Origin: Eledone cirrhosa
Lineage: Eukaryota
Assembly: GCA_964016885.1 (NCBI GenBank)
Contig: OZ024741.1
Coordinates: 94,054,001 to 94,118,000 of the forward strand
DNA length: 64,000 nt
Direction of reading: 5' to 3'
In this document: positions 53,934 through 64,000 of the stretch, piece after piece
How positions within the stretch are numbered: the first letter of the stretch is position 1
Layout: every line of letters starts with the position of its first letter
Notes under the pieces: model-generated
Databases searched by the model: none
Told to the model about the DNA's origin: nothing
Seen by the model: only the letters and a program-made list of their open reading frames with translations
Made by a program: the position numbers and the translations under genes

Positions 53934-56900
53934 AGCTGAATTTATCTTGCTTTATGTTCATACGAGTTATCACCAAGTCACAACCAGTGACCTCAAGAGA
54001 CAACAAGGTCCGCCATGTTCAAAAAAGAACATACATACTCACACATGCATCTTTAGCTGTTTAGACTTGTGATGTACTTATATTGACAGAATTTTCCTTA
54101 GTATATGGGCAGTTCCCATTATTATTATCTTTTGTATTTCTCCTATACGCGGGTTTCCTGGGATTTGCGATAAGTAATCATTAGACCCCTTAGGTATCAT
54201 TCCTAGAGCGCCTACAACTACTGGTATTGTTTTAGTTCTCAATTTCCACATTTTTCCAATTTCTATCTCCAGGTCCTTATACTTGCTCAATTTTTCAAAT
54301 GTTTTTATAGATACATTCTTGTCTATTGGAACGGACATATCAATTAGCAGCCATACCCTCTTTTGAAAGTAAGTCCTTCAATATTATATCAGGTCTATTT
54401 GCATCTATTTTTCGGTCTGTTTGGATGCTAAAGCTCCACAAGATTGAGATGTGATCTTTTTCAAGTATGGGAGGTGGTTGATGCTCCCACCAATTCTTTT
54501 GATGGGGCAGGTCAAAATGCTTACACGTTATCCAATGTATGTATTGTGCAGCTCTGTCATGCCTGTTTAGGTATTCGGTTGGAGCTATAGGACTGCACAT
54601 TGAAATTATATGGTCAATGGTCTCTGGTTGTTTTTACATACACGGCATAATGGGCTGCATCCATTTTTTATTATGTTGGCTTGGTAATTTTTTGTTGGCA
54701 GACACTGATCTTGTTCTGATATAATCAGTCCTTCAGTCTCCGATTTCAGTCCAGAGGATGCCAACCACTGATGGGTTAAAGTTTTGTCAACATCAGTATT
54801 GTTAGCTCGTTCTGGGTATTTTCCATACAGAGGCTTTTCTTGCCATTTCTTAGCCAGTTTCTGTAGCAGTTCTTTCTTTGCAGTTACTTTGCCTTTTCTG
54901 TGTTTTCCATTTCAGCAGTAAATGGGACTTCTGAAATTTGTAGTCCATTACTGTATCTTTGTGCATCTTTTGTAATGGAGTATGATCTTTTGATGCTTTC
55001 GTGTTTCAAAACGAGTTTGATCATCCAATCATGTGATTCCCTTAGATATGTAGATAATCCAATTGTTGCAGTTTTCAACGCAATGTCTAACTGGATTAAC
55101 CCACGTCTTCCTTCTTTCCTAGGGAGATATATTCTATCTGTATCTGCCTTAGAGTGATGCATTCTGTGCATGGTTAAGAATTTTCGAATTTTTGTATCGA
55201 GCCTACGGATCTCTGTGCTTGACCAGTTGATGACATTGTAACTGTAGGTTACTACTGGTATGGCAAGCGTGTTTATGGCATCGATACTATTCCTTGCATT
55301 CAATTCCGTTCTTAAGATTGCTCTTACTCTGCGGTAACATTCCTTCCTTATCCTTTCCCTTATTGTCGAGTGCTTGATTCCGTCTCCTTCACAAACGCCT
55401 AGATATTTGTAAGTTTCCTCTTGATCAAGTTCTCTTATCACATTCCCTCGATCAATATTAATGTCTAAACTTTTCAGCAGCTTTCCTCTGGTGAACGTTG
55501 CATTGGCGCATTTATCTAGTCCAAACTCCATTTTAATGTCATCACTGAACTGCTCCACAGTGGATAATAGCCCTTGCAATTGTTCATAATTTTTTGCAAA
55601 TAGTTTCAGGTCATCCATGTAGAACAAGTGATTAATGGTTTTGTCATAGACTTTATATCCATGTTTTGTTCCATTGAGCATTTTACTTAATGGTATAAGT
55701 GCGATGCAGAATAAAAGCGGTGATAAAGAGTCACCCTGAAAAATTCCACAATTAATATTAACTTCTCCAGCTTCCAGTATTTTTTTTCACTATTCAAAAG
55801 GAGTGTCGTTTTCCATGTCTTCATACTGACAAAAACCTCCTGACAACGGGGGATATTTTGAAAATCTCTAAACATTTTTCAATCCAACTGTGTGGCAAAC
55901 TATCGAATGCTTTTTTATAATCTATCCAAGCAATTGATAGATTTTTGTGTCTATTATGACAATCTTCGAGTATCATTTTGTTAACCAAAAGCTGATCCTT
56001 ACAGCCATATGAGCCTCGTTTATACCCTTTCTGCTCAATGGGAAATAGGCCATTTGTTATCAGGTGGACATATGTATATTCAGTTAGGACTGATGTTAAA
56101 ATTTTATACATTGTGGTCAAGCAAGTTATCGGTCTGTAATTTTTGGGATTGTTTGTCTCATCATTCTTCGGAAGCAGGAATGTAATGTCGTTAACTAGTC
56201 ATGATGGTATCTTTTCTGGCTCCTTAACTATTTCATTGTAAAGTTGGGCTAACAGCTCATGAGACTCTGTGAAGGCATTTATCCAAAAATTTTGTATTTT
56301 GTCTTTTCCTGGAGATTTCCATTTGCTGGTTTTTCTTAGAGCCAAACGCAACTGTTCAACTGTTATATTTTCCCATGTTTGTTCCTCAAGGTGAGCTGTA
56401 TCTTTCATTTGTCTGTCTATCCATGGTGCATGTATATTATGAACTTTTTCTTCGGCCCAGATCTTTTCCCAGAATTCTTGCACTTCCTCCTTGGGTGGTA
56501 TTGATTTAGCAGTTATTGTTGACTTACCAATTTTTCTGTAGAAGTTTCTTTGGTTGATTTTGAACATATTATTGTCCTTATAGAATCTAGATTGTTTTTC
56601 AAAGCGCCTTATACTAGCAGCTTTGTTCGACACTTTTTGCTTGATTATTTCTATCAGCATGCCTATGTCACTTGTTGGTTTTATACTGTACTTTCTTTTC
56701 AATTTTCTAAGTTTAGTTTGTTTAACATGTTCATCTACTTTATAGTTTTTTAAAATTTCTATGTCAGATCGGAGAAGGTTTATTTGGCGATTGATGTTCT
56801 CTTGCCGAGTAGATTTCTTGTGGGAATTCCTTTGTTTTTTCATCTTCACTCCACATAAGTGAGTGGTGACTTTAGCCGATGCATAATAGAGATGATTTAA

Positions 56901-57806
56901 ATCAGTAATGTTTAGTTTGTTTGTGATGATAATGTTTTTGATAATTATGTTAGTCTTGTGTATTATCTTTTGGTTCTGTTTGGAGTTCTGGATCTTAGGG
57001 AGGGTGTCTCGTTCCCCCATTTCAGATTCTTTCATTTTCATCCATTCGATCATAATTTCATCCTTCAAGTTGGCAAGTTCATTCTCATTCATTTCCCTAT
57101 CATTTACGATCTCATTGTTTTCATTTGGAGTTTCATCTTGAGCATGCACTCCCTCCACTTTTTCGATCCTTTCTTTAATTTGTTCTGTTGTCAGTGATTC
57201 CGCCCCAACCCTGGGATTCGAAGTGTTACAATTTACCTCGTTTTCACTGACACATGTTTCATTTTCCCTTCGCTGACTTTGTGCTAATAGCTTGATCTGA
57301 TCAATTTCTATATCAGTTAGTAACTTTTTTTTTACAATATTTCTTCGTATATTGGCTTGTTTGTTACTGTCAATATAGCCTCTGTTTTCGGGATGTTTCT
57401 TTTTCCAGTTGATATATGTCTGTTCTGTATTCGATGTATTTGATGGGTAGTACATGGCAGTGTAGAAAGCCTCAAGGACTTCTTTATTATCTTCCCTTGA
57501 CCATTTTTCTCTCTTTTTCTTTGGATTTCTTGATGGTGAGCATGGAGGGCCAACAGTAGGAGTATTCCGGTTATGGAAGGTCTCCAGCTCCGAAGTGATG
57601 GGAAGGTTTGAACCATTAGCTGATTTTTCGACCCCAGTCTGGTTCCTCTCTGAGGGACGCGGCCCTTTTTTTACCCGGGTGACGGCCGATCCGGTATGAA
57701 ATTTTATCATTAGACATTTACTTTATTTTGTCGCGTTTTATCCTTATCCGCCAAGGGGTAATCATTTCGTGTTACCACTTCTAGAACGAGTGTCAACCAA
57801 GACTAT
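53933..57806 (-). mobile_element. Near full-length R4/Dong-type non-LTR retrotransposon (RT + REL endonuclease), several lesions
   Basis: Single broken ORF 57710-54078 with KSPGKDKI, NYRPITCL, WIDYKKAFDS, GIFQGD, LFYMDDLKL, RHD, NRPDII, LIDMSVP, KLSKY and PVVVGALG. (TAA)n lies at its 3' end and (TAA)n(GAA)n at its 5' end. Confidence 0.88.
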
Positions 57807-57822
57807 TCTTCTTCTTCTTCTT

Positions 57823-57882
<60 letters not shown>

Positions 57883-59142
57883 AATAGTTGCTCATTCATT
57901 TAATCTTGTATGTCATTTGCATAGATATGCTGAACAGTTATGTAATCATATTTTAGACATACATTTAAAAAATATTATTCTTATCTTTAATCACATCCAC
58001 ATGTCAGAATTCAACATATTCAGCATATTTCTTATGCAAATCATTAAATTATCAAAATGCAAATTTTCCTGTTTGTATGATTGTTCGATATCCTGTAATC
58101 CTGGTATATATGGCTTACCAATCCTGGACTCCAAAGATGAAATAAATTCAACGCTATTACTGTCATCGGTGGTGATAGGTGGGTAGGTTCCACAAGGACA
58201 CTAATAGTGGTTAAGCAAGGAGGTATGTGGGTGTGGAGGGGCTGATAGTTTTGATCGGCTTTAATTTGTTTGATATCAATTCTATTAATTTTGCTGATAA
58301 CCCCAATCGCTTTGTTCGATTATTGCTACTCAACAACTAAATCTGAATGGGTATGCTCTGTTCTGGAATTTGTGTAAGTTATCATTGAGCAAGATAGTGA
58401 GTGGCACGATGTTGCATTGCCCTAGGGGCTCAAATTATCGAGAGGTAGTGTGACTTCGTAAAATCTATCGGTATATATATATATAATGTAGGAGGTGAGT
58501 TTTATTGTAGAACAATAAAGCAATGCAAATATCGGATAAGTAGCACACTTACAATACACTTTAATAAAACTTTTTCGCACCTCTTAATAAATCGCTCAGT
58601 ATATAAACCCTAAATAATAGTATACTTGATTTCTATATCTGTAATCATAAACATCATCAATCATAAACCTCATCAATTTTAAATTTTTAAAATTTTTAAA
58701 TTTATTTATAAATTTACAACCGTTTTTTCAGTTATTTTTCAGTGGTGACAGCGTTTTTCAGTTTAAATGTTTATCTCTCTCTCTCTCTCCTCCCTCCTTC
58801 TTATACTCTTCCTCCGTTATCCTTTCCTTCTTTTTTCCTTTCTTCCTCTTCCAATCTTCTATATCCTTTTAAATTTATTTATCATATGTTGATTAGACAC
58901 TACCTTGTTCACAAGTGTTTTTTAAGCATCTTATCATGTCTCCCTATTTTATCTGATGAGAACGCAAATATTGTCCCAGGATGAAATTTGTTTTTGAAAT
59001 GCGCATAATAAAATACATGGAACTTTTTTAACCATCTTTTAATTTCTTCTTATATATATATATGTGTGTGTGTGTGTGGGGGGGGGGGGGGGGATGCGTA
59101 TGCGTGTATGTATGTATATTACTGAATAAAGCGACAGGAGGC

Positions 59143-59490
59143 CAGAAAGTTGAAATTCCATTAAAGTTTTTATCTTATATATATTTCAATGACCAGTACA
59201 ATTCCAGTGTCATGACATCATCAGGTCCATTGCATAACAGTTATAAAGGAAACATGGTGAACACAGGTTGTGTACACGGAGACAGAAAATAAAGATAAAA
59301 TTACTTGATCCTGGGGCAGCCTATGTCCAGTCCTTAAAACTTACTCGACCTTGTTTCCTATATAACTGTTATGCAGTACACCTGATGATGTCATTGGAAT
59401 CATACAGGTCATTGAAATATATATATAGTGCCTGCAAAATAAAAACTTTAAAGGAATTTCAACTTTCTGGCCCCCTGTCGCTTTATTCAA
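59143..59490. repeat. Inverted repeat, ~130-bp arms
   Basis: gaataaagcgacagg...ccagaaagttgaaattcc is mirrored by ggaatttcaactttctgg...cctgtcgctttattc. Confidence 0.85.
59373..59435 (+). ncRNA. Hammerhead-ribozyme-like motif
   Basis: GCAGUACAC-CUGAUGA-UGUC...GUCA-UU-GAA-AUAUAUAUAU-A-GUGCCUGC: palindromic stem III, AUA triplet, weak stem II. Confidence 0.5.
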
Positions 59491-59638
59491 TAATGTTTAA
59501 CTCCGTCCACGCACCACCAACAGAATCTTACACCAAAGAGGATTGAGTAGCGTTACGTTGAGTGTCTTTCATACTATTGCGACGTGGTTAACTACACAGA
59601 ATGAAAAGTTCTACTCAGTTGTGAACCACCAACTTCAA

Positions 59639-59687
<49 letters not shown>

Positions 59688-59901
59688 GAAGAATTAGAAA
59701 TAGAAGTCAGGACTATCCGTCATCAGTGGTCTACTAGCCATCATAGGTATTTCTTCGCATTACAGACCATATACCCCAGGCTAGGGCGATGCAATAACTA
59801 AAATAAGTTATTGGGATAAAAAGAGTTGGTGGAAAAAGAGAGACAAGTAAACAAACACGAATGGTGAGGCAACGTAGAGAGAGGAATATATATATATATA
59901 T

Positions 59902-61391
59902 ATTATATTATATTTTGAGAATAAGCTCTCAGTCGTTTACAATAATTAAGCTCCAGGAAGGGGCTCTTCCGAGCAGTTAATACATTTAAAGTATATGATA
60001 AACACGAAATGTGTTTACATTGCAACAGACAAAGTTAGCTATTAATGAAATAAACTAATAAAAGTGAATACAATTTGTCTGTCTCGATACAAGTCAATAA
60101 AGACAAGCTTATATTGGCAACGGCCATGATTCCTGGACATATTTAAATTTCAAAATTCAAACCTGTTCTGTAGACGAATTTGAACCTCGAAACCGAAATA
60201 AGTTTCGCAACGGTGGAATGTGAATTGAAAAATAAAGAGAATCGAAATGGAATAGAAATAAAAGAGTGAAATGTCCAAATCTTCTGTGCTTATCAACAGG
60301 AATCCAGTAAGATTAGTCTATCTCACATCAAAGATTTTGCAGGTCTGACTACACGTGGGTAGGCAGGCCAAAACTAGCTATCCCACATTCACGGTGCTAG
60401 AAATAACAGCCGCTTATGCAGGATTAAGGATCAGCTCTTACAATAAAGGAGCTATACATTATATTATATTTTGAGAATAAACTCTCAGTCGTTTACAATA
60501 ATTAAGCTCCAGGAATGGGCTCTTCCGAGCAGTTAATACATTTAAAGTATATGATAAATGGATTTCTATTCCATTTCGATTCTCTTTATTTTTCAATTCA
60601 CATTCCACCGTTGCGAAACTTATTTCGGTTTCGAGGTTCAAATTCGTCTACAGAACAGGTTTGAATTTTGAAATTTAAATATGTCCAAGAATCATGGCCG
60701 TTGCCAATATAAGCTTGTCTTTATTGACTTGTATCGAGACAGACAAATTGTATTCACTTTTATTAGTTTATTTCATTAATAGCTAACTTTGTCTGTTGCA
60801 ATGTAAACACATTTCGTGTTTATCATATACTTTAAATGTATTAACTGCTCGGAAGAGCCCCTTCCTGGAGCTTAATTATTGTAAACGACTGAGAGTTTAT
60901 TCTCAAAATATAATATAATGTATAGCTCCTTTATTGTAAGAGCTGATCCTTAATCCTGCATAAGCGGCTGTTATTTCTAGCACCGTGAATGTGGGATAGC
61001 TAGTTTTGGCCTGCCTACCCACGTGTAGTCAGACCTGCAAAATTTTTGATGTGAGATAGACTAATCTTACTGGATTCCTGTTGATAAACACAGAAGATTT
61101 GGACATTTCACTCTTTTATTTCTATTCCATTTCGATTCTCTTTATTTTTCAATTCACATTCCATCGTTGCGAAACTTATTTGGGTTTCGAGGTTCAAATT
61201 CGTCTACAGAACAGGTTTGAATTTTGAAATTTAAATATGTCCAGGAATCATGGCCGTTGCCAATATAAGCTTGTCTTTATTGACTTGTATCGAGACAGAC
61301 AAATTGTATTCACTTTTATTAGTTTATTTCATTAATAGCTAACTTTGTCTGTTGCAATGTAAACACATTTCGTGTTTATCATATACTTTAA

Positions 61392-61395
<4 letters not shown>
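59902..61395. repeat. ~555-bp monomer: ~1.2 copies forward then ~1.5 copies inverted, (TA)n-flanked
   Basis: The unit restarts at 60458; inversion at ~60560; the inverted part restarts at 61118; copies are near-identical. Confidence 0.9.
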
Positions 61396-61435
<40 letters not shown>

Positions 61436-61452
61436 TTCTCTTTATATATATT

Positions 61453-61651
61453 TATTTACTTATGTAATAAACAACACAAAACAATTATTCCATTTATCAA
61501 AGGTTTCACGAAGACAGGCGAGCTCAACAGAGACGTCTGAAATTGTTCATGTGATGAACGATTTCAGACGTCTCTGTTGAGTTCGCCTGTCTTCGTGAAA
61601 CCTTTGGTAAATGGAATAAGTGTTTTGTGTTGTTTATTACATAATTAAATA
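61453..61651. repeat. Long near-perfect hairpin (~98-bp arms, 3-nt loop)
   Basis: Centred on gttcat-gtg-atgaac, with few mismatches. Confidence 0.9.
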
Positions 61652-61959
61652 GCTCTGTAGCATACATAGAGCACCCTCCCTTCCTTTACCCTTTTTACGG
61701 AAATACTTCATATATATATATATATATATAAGGTAGAATTTGAACTTAGAACTTAAACAGCCAACATTTCTCACATATAATGACATTTATTCCTTTTCCC
61801 GATGACCGAGTGCTGAAGTTGGCGTATTAATAGTTGGGGTGCACCAGCTTCTGCAATTCTTGCATTTAATTCAGTTTTCTTCCTTTCATAGGGTTCCTCC
61901 AAAGGGTCTTTGGAGTAACGTTACTCAATAGGGTCTGTAGCTCGTAATATTGTTACTTC

Positions 61960-62220
61960 TCCGAATAGATAGATAACAGCTCCGATACGACGGACATGTG
62001 GCTAACATTTCTAAGAAAAGAATTGCTGGACAGAATTTATGGGCAAAACCAATCAGTAGGAGACCCAAAGGTAGACCACAAGCAAGATGGTTGGATAACA
62101 ACTTGAGCTCGGTTGGTCTCGATTGAGAAGTCAGCCGAATTAATTGGAAACGGTTGCTTCTAATAGGATCCACTGCTAGGTGCATCTGAGGACTCTGCCC
62201 TTATGTTCCTCTCAGAAATA
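61960..62220 (+). mobile_element. RTE-type LINE 3' fragment
   Basis: Encodes LRYDGHVA..RIAGQNLWAKPISRRPKGRPQARWLDN. Confidence 0.65.
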
Positions 62221-62895
62221 ATAATAAGAAAACTTTTATTTTGTACCCTCCTATAACAATGAGAGTGCTATCAGTGATCTTCTAACCATGCCACACACTC
62301 ACAATACAAAAGTGTTATCTCATTCTGATGAAGTCCTCAAACTCAGAACCAGTCTTATAATTAGGTGCTTTCAATTTATTATCTTTCTGACACCTTAAAG
62401 AAAAATATTGTTCTTGAATATTTCATTCAGAGAGTAATATTTGTAATAGTAATAAAAGTATTTCTGGTGATTCTTGATTAATATAACTAATTTTTAGGTC
62501 ACACTAGTTTGTATGAGCATTATATAACTCACGACACTCGCAGTGAAGACAGTAATGATGATGATGATGCTGATGATGATGATTGTGATGATGTTGAGGA
62601 GGGGGAAGAGAATGGTAATGATGATGAGGGAAGTGATCTCCCTTATCTTTTAATATGTTTCAAGGAGTACATTACCAATATTATATATATATTTTTGTTT
62701 AAGACTTACGACCAACTAAAAGGTGATAACGATTGTTGACAATAACGATGACGACGACGACGACAATGACGATGATGATGATGATGATGTAGATGATGCG
62801 GACAACAACGACAATGACAATGGTGTATCTTTAGATAATCACTAAAAGGAATGTAGTTAAACATCATTTTTTATTGCGATACATTTTAAAAGGTG

Positions 62896-63479
62896 TTAAT
62901 CAGTTTTGATGACCTCGACACGACATACTTTGGTAAAAAGAGCTTTTTCTATGGTCTTCAACGTATCATAACTTGCAGTTGTGAACATGTTATCTGCAGA
63001 ACTTGCAATCATTCTTAGTTCTGCTGGATCCACTTCCTGTCCGACTCCCAATGTAAAGACTTCAATACCTGTTTTATGAATAGCTGTAGATTCACGTGCT
63101 GTTTTTGTTGGACTTTGTGCTTGTCCATCTGTAATGACAATAGCGATATGCGCCACACCATCACGACCACCATTTTCTTTGGTGAAACCTTCTTCTCGAA
63201 CAAGTTTCAATGCATCTCCAGTATTAGTGTTGCCATGGCGGCGAGTAATGTTAAGAATAGCTTTCTCCAGGTCTTTTATATTTGAAAATTGGTTCAGCTT
63301 TATCCGATGTACAATTTTGGTGCTGAATGTGACCACACCGATTTGCGTGTTATTTACACCGACTATGGTGTCTGTTATGAACGAATTCAAGAATTTTAAT
63401 TGTAATTTGAAATCTTCATCTAAAATACTGGTTGACTCGTCTAACACAAAAATAATATCCGATGGAACCACACCACATA
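62896..63479 (-). CDS. Terminal VWA exon of an upstream paralogous gene (rest lies beyond the window)
   Basis: Acceptor ctttgacattgcag, phase 1. Encodes DIIFVLDESTS, GNTNTGDAL and IVITDG. TAA stop; AATAAA at 62875-62870. Same 584-nt length as 31104-31687. Confidence 0.88.
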
Positions 63480-64000
63480 CTGCAATGTCAAAGAAGAATA
63501 TGAAATATAAAAATTAAAACAAATATAGGTTGATTATTAACGTAGAGGACACCATTCAATAATGAAGAGAAAGTAAGAGTTTGGGGAAATCATGTGAGAC
63601 ACTTGTTTCTGTACAACTGGGAACTATCTGCATGAAAGGTATATTAATTTGAATACATTTAGAGAAAATATATATTCTGAATAATTGTTCATGTTCCATT
63701 CTTACACTTGCCAACAGATTTAATTTATAGAGTTATCGTTGTTGTTCATTCAATCATTACTATGGTAAATTAAGCTGAAATTATCGCATCAATTCCACAT
63801 CCTTTATAAAAGGAATATATATGTGGTTTATTATCATACACATATTTACTTGAAATAATTCTCTTAGATATAGACTCCACACTTTCTTTACTAAGATACA
63901 TAATTATCTGTCACAACCTGTCAGGGGTAAAAGAGAATGTGGGAAGACCTGGATGTCGTATGAAGATACTTGAACAATAACACAGTAGTGGTACGAATTT

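Noticed and set aside
59902-61395. CRISPR-like array
   Set aside because: Long identical monomers with no short repeat/unique spacer structure, no cas genes, and eukaryotic context.
62509-62820. Asp-rich ORF resembling an acidic biomineral protein
   Set aside because: It is a (GAT/GAC)n microsatellite region with no signal peptide or splice support, antisense to the VWA 3' flank.
31104-63479. One four-VWA gene or a collagen VI chain
   Set aside because: The 63479 exon has a stop and poly(A) signal and no good phase-1 donor, a separate signal-peptide exon lies between, and no Gly-X-Y exons were seen.

Overview
AT-rich, microsatellite- and retroelement-dense animal DNA. The SINE families resemble those I recall from octopod cephalopods, which is an inference. 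Three host genes are supported by splice-phase reconstruction. (1) On + at 3-13776 are the last six exons of a dynamin/mitofusin-like GTPase-helical-kinase (DSTYK-like architecture) gene whose kinase domain is catalytically degenerate. (2) On - at 42916-31104 is a complete four-exon gene for a secreted ~615-aa protein with a signal peptide and three VWA domains; its first exon is absent from the ORF track. (3) On - at 63479-62896 is the terminal VWA exon of an upstream tandem paralogue. The rest is mobile DNA: two near full-length Tx1-clade LINEs plus a 3' fragment, two R4/Dong-type elements, CRE, RTE, CR1 and Penelope-like (Naiad-type) remnants, many tRNA-derived SINEs, a hAT MITE and a Helitron. 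The most striking structures are an ~11-kb chain of retroelements linked only by (ATT)n tracts, and a dispersed set of (TA)n-flanked tandem-plus-inverted (fold-back) repeats, several with hammerhead-ribozyme-like cores. No database searches were run.
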